Positions 13,601-25,630 of a stretch of 64,000 nucleotides of DNA are shown here, piece after piece. Positions within the stretch are counted from its first letter, which is position 1. Every line of letters starts with the position of its first letter. The notes below the pieces were generated by a model that was given only the letters and a program-made list of their open reading frames with translations, made no database searches and was not told the origin of the DNA. The stretch spans positions 2,251,750 through 2,315,749 of the forward strand of contig NC_057752.1 of the NCBI RefSeq assembly GCF_004010195.1, written 5' to 3'. Made by a program: the position numbers and the translations under genes. The DNA is from Chiloscyllium plagiosum. Lineage: Eukaryota.

Positions 13601-14946
13601 GAAACTGGCATGGTTTGGTTACAGTGCCGGTGTGTTTTGGTAATGGAGCTGGCATGTTGCAGTTACAGTGCTGGTATGTTGTGGTTCGGGAGGTAGCATA
13701 TTGTGATTACAGTGCTGGTGTGTTTTGGGTATGGAGCTGGAGTGTTGCATTTGCAGTGCTGGTGTGGTGGTTATGGAGCTGGCATGTTGTGGTTACAGTG
13801 CTGGTGTGTTGTGGATATAGAGCTGGCATGTTGTGTTCATAGTGGTGTATTGCTGTTACGGTGCTGGTGTGTTTTGGTAATGGTGCTGGCATGTTGTGGT
13901 TACAGTGCTGGTGTGTTGCGGTTATGGAGCAGGTATGTGGTTACAGTGCTGGAGTGTTGTGGTTACAATGTTGGTGTGTTGTGATTATGAAACTGGTATA
14001 TTGTGGTTACAGAGCTGGTGTGTTGTGGTTATGGAACTGGCATGTTGCATTTACAGTGCTGGTGTATTGTGGTTATGGAACTGATATGTTGTGATTACAG
14101 TGCTGGTGTGTTGTGGTTACGGAGCTGGCATGTTGTGGTTATGGAGCTGACATGTTGTAGTTACAATGCTGGTGTGCTGTGGTTATGGAACTGGTATGTT
14201 GTGGCTACAGTGCTGGTGTGTTGTGGTTATGGAGCTGGCATATTGTATTTACAGTGCCGGTGTATTGTGATTATGGAGCTAGCATGTTGTGGTTACAGTG
14301 CTGGTGTGTTGTGGTTATGGAACTGACATGTTGTATTTACAGTGGCGTATTGCTGTTACAGTGCCGGTGTGTTTTGGTAATGGAGCTGGCATTTTGTGGT
14401 TACAGTGTTGGTGTGTTGTGGTTATGAAACTGGCATGTTGTATTTACAGTGCTGGTGTGTTGCGGTTATGGAGCTGGCATGTTGTGGTTACGGTGATGGA
14501 GTGTTGTGGTTATGTGGCCGGCATGTTGTGGTTACAGAGCTGGTGTGTTGTGGTTACAATGCTGGTGTGTTGTGATTATGGAACTGGTATGTTGGGGCTA
14601 CAGTGCTGGTGTATTGTGGTTATGGAGCTAGCATGTTGTGGTTACAGTGGTGTGTTGTGGTTATGGAACTGGCAAGTTGTGGTTACAGTGCTGGTGTGTT
14701 TTGGTTATGGAGTTGGCACATTGCGCTTACAGTGGTGTGTTGTGGTTATGAAGCTGGCATGTTGTAGTTATGGGGCTGTCGTTTTGTGGATATAAAGCGG
14801 CTGTGTTGTGGTTATGAAGCTAATACGTTGTGGTTATAGAGCTGGCACACTGTGGATCAGAAGCTGGTGTGTTGTGGTTATAGAGCTGGTGTGTTGTGGA
14901 TATGAAGCTGGTGTGTTGTGGTTATGTGGCTGGCATATTGTGGTTG
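10685..14946. repeat. Intronic 22-bp minisatellite running into an assembly gap
   Basis: Units such as TGTTGTGGTTATGGAGCTGGCA and TGTTGTGGTTACAGTGCTGGTG; homogeneous 88-bp (4x22) block at ~11080-12408. Confidence 0.97.
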
Positions 14947-15446
14947 NNNNNNNNNNNNNNNNNNNNNNNNNNNNNNNNNNNNNNNNNNNNNNNNNNNNNN
15001 NNNNNNNNNNNNNNNNNNNNNNNNNNNNNNNNNNNNNNNNNNNNNNNNNNNNNNNNNNNNNNNNNNNNNNNNNNNNNNNNNNNNNNNNNNNNNNNNNNNN
15101 NNNNNNNNNNNNNNNNNNNNNNNNNNNNNNNNNNNNNNNNNNNNNNNNNNNNNNNNNNNNNNNNNNNNNNNNNNNNNNNNNNNNNNNNNNNNNNNNNNNN
15201 NNNNNNNNNNNNNNNNNNNNNNNNNNNNNNNNNNNNNNNNNNNNNNNNNNNNNNNNNNNNNNNNNNNNNNNNNNNNNNNNNNNNNNNNNNNNNNNNNNNN
15301 NNNNNNNNNNNNNNNNNNNNNNNNNNNNNNNNNNNNNNNNNNNNNNNNNNNNNNNNNNNNNNNNNNNNNNNNNNNNNNNNNNNNNNNNNNNNNNNNNNNN
15401 NNNNNNNNNNNNNNNNNNNNNNNNNNNNNNNNNNNNNNNNNNNNNN
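14947..15446. other. Assembly gap (500 N, probably unsized)
   Basis: Run of N of round length joining unrelated sequences. Confidence 0.99.
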
Positions 15447-17530
15447 CCTCACACTTTCCCACGTTGTATTCCATCTGCCATGTCTTTGCCCATTCTCCTA
15501 ACCCGTCCAAATCCTTCTGCAGTCTCCCCGCCTCCTCAATGCTACCTGTCCCTCTACCTGTCTTTGTATTGTCTGCAAACTTAGCCAGAACATCCTCAGT
15601 CCCTTCATCTCGATTGTTAATATATAAAATGAAAAGTTGTGGTCCCAACACTGAGCCTTGTGGAGCACCACGTCACTGGCTGCCATCCTGAGAAGGACCC
15701 TTTTATCCCTACTCGCTGCTTTCTGCCAGACAGCCAGGCTTCTATCCATGCCAGCACCTTGCCTCTGACACCATGGGCCCTTATCTTACTCTGTAGCCTC
15801 CTGTGTGGCACTTTGCCAAAGGCCTTCTTGAAATCCAGGTAGGTAACACCCATTGGCTTTCTTTGGTCTAACCTGTTTGTAACTTCCTTAAAGAATTCTA
15901 ACAGATTTGTCAGGTATGACCTCCCTTTGATGAAACCACGCTGACTTTGCCCTATTTTACCATACACTTCCAAGCATTCAGAAATCTCATCCTTCACAAT
16001 GCATTCCAAAATCTTACCCATAACTGAGGTTAGGCTAATCGGCCTGTAATTTTCCAGGAGTGTCATGTTAGTGATTTTCCAGTCCTCTGGGACCCTATCT
16101 GACTTGAGTGATTCCTGAAGTATCACTACTAATGCCTCCACTATCTCTTCAGATATCTCCTTTAGAACTCTGGGGTGTAGTCCATCTGGTCCAGGTGATT
16201 TATCCACTTTCAGGTCATTCAGTTTTTCGAGCACCTTCTCTTTGGTGGTGGCCACCATAGTCAGCTCTGTCCCCTCACTCTCTTGAATGTTTGGAATATT
16301 ACTCATGTCTTCCACCATGAAGACTGACATGAAGTAATTATTCAGTTCTTCAGCCATTTCCTTGTTCCCCATTACTATCTCTCCAGCATCATTTTCCAGT
16401 GGCCCAGTGTCCACAATCTCTGTGTCTCCTGAATTACTCCCAGAAACTCCAGCCATTGCTGTTCCACTGTCTTTCCTGCTAGGCTCTCCTCCCAATCAAT
16501 TCTACCCAGCTCCTCCCTCATGCCTCTGTAGTTGCCTTTTTATTCAGCTATAATACGGTTACCTGATTCTATCTTCTCCCTCTCAAATTGCAGAGTAAAT
16601 TCAATCATATTATGATTACTGCCTCCTAAGTGTTCCTTCACTTTAAGCTTCCTTATCAAGTCTGCCTCATTGCACAACACTAAATCCAGTGTTGCCTGTT
16701 CCCCAGTGGGCTCCACCACAAGCTGCTCCAAAAAGCCATCTCATAGACATTCCGCAGATTCCTTTTCTTGTAATCCACTACCAACCTGATTTTCCCAGTC
16801 CATCTGCATATTGAAATCCCCCAAGATCACTGTAACATTGCCTTTCTTACATACCCTGTTCTATCACCGGGTGTATCTTGTTCCCCAGCTCCTGCCTACT
16901 TTTGGAGGCCTGTACATAATTCCAACTATGGCTTTTTCACCTTTGTGGTTCCTCAATTCTACCCACACAGATTCTACACCATCTGACCCTACTTCATTTC
17001 TTCCTATTGATTTAATTTCATTTCTTACGAAGAAAGGCAACCCCATCCCCTCTGCCCACCTGCCTATCTTTTTGATAGGATGTGTCTCTCTGCACATTCA
17101 GCTCCCAATCCTGATCCCTTTGAAGCCACATGATGCCCACCACATCATACCTGCTCATTTCAAGCTGCGCCGCAAACTCATTTACTTTATTCCTTATACT
17201 GCGTGCATTCAGATATAACCTCTTCAGTCCTGTATTAACCGTCCCTCTTCTCATTGTCATTTGTTTGTCCGGTGTGCTTGAAGTTTGATTACTAACCCTT
17301 TCCATACACTTTGTCCTATTTGTGTCTGTGCTGGAGATTTTAATAACCTCTCCTGAGTTCTCTTTCCTTGTCATTTCTTTCATATTTTTCCACAGAGTTG
17401 AAGCCACCCTTACATATGTAAACCTACTGATTTGTTTCCCACTGGGGGAGGTTTTACCCTTCCTTCTGCCCGCCCGCCCCCCCTTTCAAGTTTAAAGTTG
17501 TGTTGACCAGCCTATTTACCCTTTTCGCTA
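15447..17530 (-). mobile_element. CR1 LINE ORF2 relic (APE endonuclease and RT, internal deletions)
   Basis: LYLNARSIRNK, GIMYRPP, LDLVLCN, KSPGPDGLHPRVLKE, NYRPISLTS, YLDFKKAFGKVPH, KFADNTK. Confidence 0.95.
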
Positions 17531-19423
17531 GAACATATCAGTCAGTGCAGACCAGAAACTTGGTACCCATTCTAATCTGTGTCTCTCATCAAGGATTGTC
17601 ACTAATCAAATAAAAATTGTGAGTATGATCAGACCTTTTGAGTTTATGTTCCAGGATATAACCCATTCCAAACCATTGTGATCCAGGAAAATTACACAGA
17701 TGCATTTCAGCATTTAGAGTCCATAGAGTCATACAGCGTGGAAACAGAACATTCGGTCCAACTAGTCCACGCTAAACTAGTCCAAACTAAACTTAGTCCA
17801 ACTTGCCTGTGATTGGCCCATATTCCCTCCAAACCTTTCCTATTTATGTACTTATCTTTTAAATGTTGTAACTGTACACATCCACCACTCCCTCTGGCAG
17901 TTTATTCCACATGTAAACCACTCTCTGTGTAAAAACGTTGCCCCTCTTGTCCTTTTTAAATCTTTCTCCTCTCACCTTAAAAATATGCTCCCTATTTTTC
18001 AACTCCCCACGCTAGGAAAAAGACCCCTAACTATTCACCTTATCTATGCCCCTCATGATTTTATAAACCCCTATAAGGTCACCCCTCAATCTCCTACACT
18101 CCAGTGAAAAATGTTCCAGCCTACCTTTATAATTCAAACTCTCTATACCCAGCAACATTCTGGTAAATCTTTTCTGAATCCACTCCAGGTTAATAATATC
18201 CTTCCTATAACAGGGCGACCAGAACTGGACACAGTATTCCAGAAGAGGCATCACCAATGTCCTGTACAACCTCAACATGACATCCTAATTCCTATACTCA
18301 AAGGTCTGAGCAATGAAGGCAAGCGTGCTAAATGCCTTCTGAACTACCCTACCTATATGTGACACAAATTTCAAAGAATTATGTATCTGAAACCCCGGGT
18401 CTCTCTGTTCTACACCTCTATCTAAGGCCCCATCATTAATTATATAAGTCCTGTCCTTGTTTACCAAAGTACTATCCCTCACGTTTATCCAAATTAAACT
18501 TCATTTGCCACTCTTCAGCCATTGGCCCAATTGATCAAGATTTCTTTGGAATCTTAGATAACCTTTTTCACTGTCCACTATACCCTATACTCCCAATTTT
18601 GGTGTCATCTGCAAACTTACTAACCATGCCTCTTCTATTCTCATCTAAATCATTTATATAAATGACAAGCAAAAGTGGACCCAGCCCTGATCACAGGCCT
18701 CCAGCCTGAAAGACAACCCTCCACCCCCACCCTCTGTCTCCTACTGTTGAGCTAATTTTGTATCCAATTGGCAAGCTCTCCCTGAATCCCATGTAACCTA
18801 ATTTTATTAATTAGTCTACCATGCAGAACCTTGTCAAAGGCTTTACCAAAGTTCATGTAAACGACGTCTACCACTCCGCCCTCTTCAAGCTTTTTTGTTA
18901 CGTCCTCAACAAACTCAATCAAGTTTGTGTGACATAATGTCCCTCATAGAAAGCTATGTTGACTATCCCTAATCAACCCTTGCCTCTCCAAATGCATATA
19001 AATCCTATCTTTTAGAATCACCTCCAACAGCTTGCCCACCACCGATGTCAGACTCTCAGGTCTATAGTTCCCCGGCTTCTCCTTCCAGCCTTACCTAAAT
19101 AAAGTCACGTTAGCCACCCTCCAGTCCTCCAGCACCTCACCCATGGTTATAGATGATACAAATACCTCTGCTAGCTGCCCCGCAATTTCTTCCCTAACTT
19201 ACCACAACTACATTACTTGATTAGGTCCTGGAGGTTTATCTACCTTTATGTTTTCTAAGACGTCCAGCATTTCTTCTTTTATAATGTGAACAGTTTTCAA
19301 AACATCAATATTTATTTCCCTGAGTTCTCTAGCCTCCATTTCTTTCTCTACAGTAAAAGCTAGTGCAAAATATTCATTTAGTATCTCTCCCATTTCCTGA
19401 AGTTCAACACATAGACACCTCTT

Positions 19424-19545
19424 GGATGTAGGTTTGCTCACTGAGCTGAAAGGTTCATTTCGTTACCTTACTAGGTAAGTGGATTTCAGTGGATTTCATG
19501 CAAAGCAATGTTGAAAATTCCTGCTTTCTATTTATATGTTTGTTG
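19424..19545. mobile_element. Small insert in CR1, possibly a different Penelope-type terminal fragment
   Basis: Interrupts the CR1 reading frame; sequence recalled as PLE-terminus-like, not verified. Confidence 0.35.
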
Positions 19546-20514
19546 ATCATTAAGGGGCCATATTCTCTCCCTGGTTGCACTTTTGCTCTTAATGTACTTG
19601 TAGTATCTCTTTGGATTATCCTTAACATTACCTGCCAAGGCTATTTCATATCCGCTTCTTGCCCTGCTGATTTCCTTCTTAAGAATGCCCCTACACCCCT
19701 TATACTCTTCAAGAGATTCATTTGATCCCAGTTGACTACATCTAACATAGGAGGCTTTCTTATTCTTAACCAGAGCTTCGATATCTCTATTCATTCATTG
19801 TTCCCTGATCTTACCAGCATTACCTTTCATTCTAACTGGAATATAATGCCTCTGAATTCTCGTTATCTCACTTTTGAAAGCCTCCCACTCCCTTTACCTG
19901 TGAACTGTCTACTCCAATCAACTTTGAAAGCTCCTGTCTCAAACCATTAAAATTTACCTTACTCCAATGAGGAATTTTAACTTTTATACAAGGCCCCTCC
20001 TTTCCATAACTTTTAAAACTAATAGAATTATGATCACAAGTCCCAAAGTGTTCCCCTGCAAACTCCTCAGTCACTTGCCCTGCCATATTTCCCAACAGAA
20101 GGTCAGGTTTTGCCCTTTCTCTAGTAAGTAAATTTACATATGGATAAAGAAAGTTTTCTTGAACACATTTAACAAATTCCTCACCATCCAACCCCTTAAC
20201 ATTTTGGCAGGTGCACTCAATGTTTAAAAAATTAAAATCCCCTAGTATTACAACCCTATTATTCTTACATATATTTGAGATCTCTCTACATATTTGCTCC
20301 TCAATTTCCCTCTGACTGTTGTGGGGGCAGGGGGGTGGGGTGAGGGGGTTGCAAATAGTACAATCTCATCACCCCCTTCTTCTTTCTGAGTTACACCCAT
20401 ATAGCTTCACATGGTCGAACCCTCAGAAATATCCTAAGTACTGCAGTAGTATTTTCCTAAATCAAAAGCACCACTCCTCCTCCTCCTCTGTCGGCTCTCT
20501 TTCTATCCTTCCTA

Positions 20515-20708
20515 ATGATACCTTTAGGGAGAGGCTGAACAGGCTCTTTCCATGGAGAGTTGGATGCTGAGGGGTGACTTTATAGAGGTTTACAAAATCA
20601 TGAGGGGCATGGATAGGATAAATAGGCAAAGTCTTTTCCCTGGGGTGGGGGAGTCCAGAACTAGAGGGCATAGGTTTAGGGTGAGAGGGGAAAGATATAA
20701 AAGACCTA
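20515..20708 (+). mobile_element. Sense CR1 fragment nested in antisense CR1
   Basis: LRGDFIEVYKIMRGMDR...FPGVGESRTRGHRFRVRGE. Confidence 0.85.
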
Positions 20709-21399
20709 AAAGCTGAAATATTGAGCTGTCAGTCCTGTCCTTTCCCCAGCCAAGTTTCTGTAATAGCTGTGATATCCCAGCCCCATGTTCCCATCCATGC
20801 CCTTTGTTCATCAGCCTGACCTGTAAAGCCCTTTACATCGAAATAAATGCTGTTTAATTCTTCAGAGTTACCTTGTTCTCTGACTTGCTCCTGTCTGTCT
20901 TTTGAAATGAATCTGTTGGTTTTATTTGATCTAGAACTATCCTCCTCTTTTTTTCCTATTTTCAATACTACTTAGGAAACCACACACCCCCAAAAACATT
21001 TAGAGGCTCCTGAAATAGAATTAGCAAATCTCCCCACCAGGATATTGGTTCCTTTCCAGTTCAGGTGAAACCCATCCCTTTTGAACAGGTCTTTCCTGCC
21101 CCAGAAGAGATTCCAGTGATCCAAAAATCTGAATCCTTGCACATTGCACCATCTCTGCAGCCATTGATTTACTTGCCCTATCTTTCTATTCCTACTCTCA
21201 TTAGAACGTGTTACAGAGTATAGACAACTGAAAAGTTAGGAAGAAAAGAATCTAGCAAAGATTTTACGTTTTTCTCAAGCATCAGGTTACATACAAAAGA
21301 AAATCGAAGTACGAAGAGCACATGCAATCTGGAAATGCTCCACATTTCCATGCAAGAATGTCCTCAGCACCAAATAGGTGCTGCTTTGGGCGAAACACT

Positions 21400-22326
21400 T
21401 AGAGATGTACAGCACGGAAACAGACCCTTCAGTCCAACCCGTCCATGCTGACCAGATATCCCAACCCAATCTAGTCCCATTTACCAGCACTTGGCCCATA
21501 TCCCTCCAAACCCTTCCTATTCATATACCCATCCAAATGCCTCTTAAATGTTGCAATTGTACCAGCCTCCGCCACATCCTCTGGCAGCTTATTCCATACA
21601 CGTACCACCCTCTGCGTGAAAAAGTTGCCCCTGAGGTCTCTTTTATATCTTTCCCCTCTCACCCTAAACCTATGCCCTCTAGTTCTGGACTCCCCCACCC
21701 CAGGGAAAAGACTTTGCCTATTTATCCTATCCATGCCCCTCATGNNNNNNNNNNNNNNNNNNNNNNNNNNNNNNNNNNNNNNNNNNNNNNNNNNNNNNNN
21801 NNNNNNNNNNNNNNNNNNNNNNNNNNNNNNNNNNNNNNNNNNNNNNNNNNNNNNNNNNNNNNNNNNNNNNNNNNNNNNNNNNNNNNNNNNNNNNNNNNNN
21901 NNNNNNNNNNNNNNNNNNNNNNNNNNNNNNNNNNNNNNNNNNNNNNNNNNNNNNNNNNNNNNNNNNNNNNNNNNNNNNNNNNNNNNNNNNNNNNNNNNNN
22001 NNNNNNNNNNNNNNNNNNNNNNNNNNNNNNNNNNNNNNNNNNNNNNNNNNNNNNNNNNNNNNNNNNNNNNNNNNNNNNNNNNNNNNNNNNNNNNNNNNNN
22101 NNNNNNNNNNNNNNNNNNNNNNNNNNNNCAACCCTCCACCACCACCCTCTGTCTTCTACCTTTGAGCCAGTTCTGTACCCAAATGGCTAGTTCTCTCTGT
22201 ATTCCATGAGATCTAACCTTGCTAATCAGTCTCCCATGGGGAACCTTGTCGAACGCCTTACTGAAGTCCATATAGATCACATCTACTGCTCTGCCCTCAT
22301 AAATCTTCTTTGTTCCTTCTTCAAAC
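21400..22326 (-). mobile_element. Young 5'-truncated CR1 spanning a 384-N gap (21745-22128)
   Basis: YMDFSKAFDKVPH on one side, FFTQRVVRVWNKLP and 3'UTR on the other, collinear. Confidence 0.92.
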
Positions 22327-22594
22327 ATTATAACATGTTTGACTGCGTGTTAATCACCAACAATTGTGCAATACTCCGTGTCAAGGGCACTTCAAAACTG
22401 GTAGGTTTTTTGAAGTTTACAGTTCTATCTGTGCAGTTCATAAAGTGTGATATGACATATTGTTTTTGCAAGGTACTTCTGCATAATTTAATCTTCTCGT
22501 TTTCTTTGACAGTTACAGTTCCATGATTCATCTATGGCAGATGAATTGTTTTACAGCAAAAACATTAACAATGAACTATCTTCTGTTTCCCTAG

Positions 22595-23754
22595 GAATGT
22601 TCCTGGCTGATATCATTGAGAAATACTTTGTGTCACCGACCCTTTTCAGAGTAATTCGATTGGCCCGAATTGGCCGTATCTTGCGTCTGATCAAAGGAGC
22701 CAAAGGAATCCGAACGCTATTGTTTGCCTTAATGATGTCTTTGCCTGCCTTGTTCAACATCGGGCTGCTTTTGTTCCTGGTCATGTTCATCTTTTCCATA
22801 TTTGGGATGTCTAATTTTGCATATGTCAAGAAAGATGGCGGTATCGACGACATGTTTAACTTTGAAACATTTGGTAACAGCATGATCTGCTTGTTCCAGG
22901 TCACTACATCTGCAGGTTGGGATGGTTTGCTCTTGCCGATCTTAAACAGACCACCAGATTGTGACCTTGAAAAGGAGAATCCAGGCACTGCTGTTAAAGG
23001 AGACTGCGGCAATCCCAGTGTGGGAATATTTTTCTTTGTCAGTTACATCATCATATCATTTTTGATTGTAGTCAACATGTACATTGCCATTATTCTGGAG
23101 AATTTCAGCGTGGCGACCGAGGAGAGCGCAGAACCACTGAGTGAGGATGACTTTGAGACATTCTACGAGATCTGGGAGAAATTTGACCCTGACGCCACGC
23201 AGTTCATTGAATATAACAAGTTGTCTGACTTTGCTGATACCTTGGAAGCTCCTCTTCGAGTTCCTAAACCCAATCACATTGAACTCATTGCCATGGACCT
23301 GCCCATGGTGAGCGGTGATAGGATTCACTGCTTGGATATCTTGTTTGCATTCACCAAGCGTGTGCTTGGCGAGGGCGGTGAAATGGATGTCCTCCGGCAG
23401 CAGATGGAGGAGCGATTTGTGGCGTCCAACCCCTCCAAGGTGTCCTACGAGCCAATCACGACCACTCTTCGGCGCAAGCACGAGGAGGTTTGTGCCATCA
23501 TTATTCAGCAAGCGTATAGGGCACACTTGGCAAGGCGAAAAATCACCATCAAAGGAAGAGTTCCCTGTACTAAGTCGGGAGGGCATGCGAATGAGAATGG
23601 CAACACCAATCAAGAGAAAAAGGAAGGCTCTCCCTCCACTGCATCGCTGCCTTCGTATGACAGTGTAACTAAGCCTGAGAAACAAGAGAAGGATCGAAAA
23701 GGCAATGATAAAGGCAGAAACAACCAAAAAGACATCAGGGAATCTAAGTTGTGA
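22595..23754 (+). CDS. SCN8A: Nav1.6-like terminal coding exon (DIV S3 end to S6, EF-hand-like region, IQ, PY motif)
   Basis: TTCTGTTTCCCTAG acceptor (AG 22593-22594), phase 1, TGA at 23752-23754. S4 [16 protein letters not shown], filter TTSAGWDG, and Nav1.6-type [27 protein letters not shown] tail. The ORF start at 22534 is intronic read-through. Confidence 0.95.
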
Positions 23755-25630
23755 AAACAAATTCCATTTGCAAGCAAATGTTGTTTACAGACTTAAAAAA
23801 GTATATAGATATATATATATATAAATAAATATATATATCATTGCAGAACAGTGACACAATTTCTAGAACAAAAAGAACTCTCATCTAGAGATCTATACCA
23901 AACATAATCTGCTTACAATATAATGTTGTTGCCTAGACGGCAGTGACCTTCCCCTGTCATGACACTAGGACCCTGTACAGCAAAGGGGATTCAATAGACT
24001 CCAACAGGTGGTTACTGCATCTACAGTACTTTAGCAGCCACTGAGACAAAGGACAAACAAAATGGCTGCTAGGATCAGTACATTGCCACGGGGGTCAGAC
24101 AGACAGATTTTATTTTCTCATTTTATTTCACTCTTTCAGACAAAAAAAAACCAAGGTTTGTTTGACCATGCAAAATTATGGTTGCCTCCTTCCATTATCT
24201 GTTCAGCAATTGTAACATGTAGCCCATGTCATTTTTAGTCACAGTTCCTTTCTTATATCCTGCATATTTTTCTACATGGGCTTCATGTTGTTTGGGGATA
24301 AAGGGAGGTAAGTGGGGTGGGGGGGGGGTGGGGTTTCGGACTGAGGGGGACTTGCTCAGGCCGATTCCAAAAAAATGTGCTTGTTCAATGCATAGAAATG
24401 ATTTGCATGATAGCATGCTGTGATCAGAAATCATGCATGTAGAGTCATAGACCACAGACACAAGTACTTTGTCCACCCAGTGGCTTCGTCTGATGGCTGA
24501 GGCGATTCACTGTAAAACATACACTATATTGGGGGACAGCCTAATATCATGCCCTTCACAAGTAGTTACAAACTCTTTAATGAATCATTCATTCAACCTC
24601 AGTAGAAGTAAAACAAAAGGGGGTTGTGTGTATGTTTAATAGCTAATGTTCTGAACATACAGCCATTGTTGCACATAAATTGCTGCTCTGTATCCTCTTT
24701 AAAGGGGAAAATTAAAATACAAGAATGGCTTGTTGTATTTAAATTTCAATGTAAACCAAAACTAGGGCTTTAAAGATCGTTCATTTGTATCTTGCAGTAT
24801 TGATTAATCACCTTCACATTGCAGAGTAGACATTTTATACAGAGGTAAGGAATGCTGTGTACATGGCAATTTATCTCTGTGGTGCAATTTTTGGGTACTG
24901 GATAATAGGGTATATGCAGCACCAAGATGTGTATTAATCAGAGTTGATACTGTTTTTGAATTTCTAATATCCTTTCAAAAAAAAAGAAAATGAACATTTA
25001 CACCTTCATCAGTGATGGTTTGCAGTTGGCACTTTGATGCATGTTTTCTTGCTTCTGTAGTCACATATAATGTTTTTTCTCTAATACTCACATTTGTTTA
25101 AAAAAATGAATTAAAAAAAGAAAGAAATCTAAATAGCACGACAGGCCACCGTGCTGAGTGCAAGTGGTAGACCGTGCAGCTTCATTTCATTTCATTTCTT
25201 GTCATCTGCTGACAGATGACAACCAAATGAGGAGTCATGTTTTTTCCCCTCGTTAACCTCCCCAATTAGAATATGATGTATAAAAAAAGTCATACATATA
25301 TGTACAGGCTATATTGTAAGCAGCACAAACGAATGCTGAAAGGTGTGGTTGGAATTTTTAAGAGAATATTATAAATATTGTAATATATCATTTTATTTTA
25401 TCAGCATGCATTTTTTGTAAATACAACAAAAAAAAATTACAAAATTAAACCGAATGGCTTCAGGCTGATGCCATTGTCACAATTGTTATTTTGAATCCAT
25501 GGATACTTTTTCATTTGTTAACATCCCGATTCTAGAAGCAGAATGGCAAATTGTAAAGATGATAAATTTGAAAAAAAACCCACTGTTCTCTGGTTCTCTG
25601 TGCAATAAACCCATTTAAGACCAAATCTGT
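23755..25630 (+). other. Probable SCN8A 3'UTR (end uncertain)
   Basis: Repeat-free AU-rich stretch after the stop; candidate AATAAA at 25604-25609, alternatives near 23824 and 26051. Confidence 0.6.

Larger units (their letters stand above)
17715..21210 (-). mobile_element. Long decayed CR1 LINE with nested inserts
   Basis: 3' tail repeat near 17715; LYRTLVMPLLEYCVQFWSP, KPPGPNQ, GTCDHNSISF, WDITAITETWL. Confidence 0.92.

Noticed and set aside
10685..14946. CRISPR-like periodicity
   Set aside because: No unique spacers, no cas genes, vertebrate context.
14808..15691. Long ORFs across N runs (also 21378-22328, 37151-37657)
   Set aside because: Artefacts of translating N.
22534..22594. ATG start of the 406-aa ORF as a standalone gene
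   Set aside because: Homology begins at the splice acceptor; the upstream part is intron.
23743..23751. C-terminal SKL as a peroxisomal PTS1
   Set aside because: PTS1 import applies to soluble matrix proteins, not a polytopic plasma-membrane channel.
22551..23760. Antisense ORFs of 153 and 234 aa
   Set aside because: Shadows of the SCN8A coding exon with no recognisable motifs.
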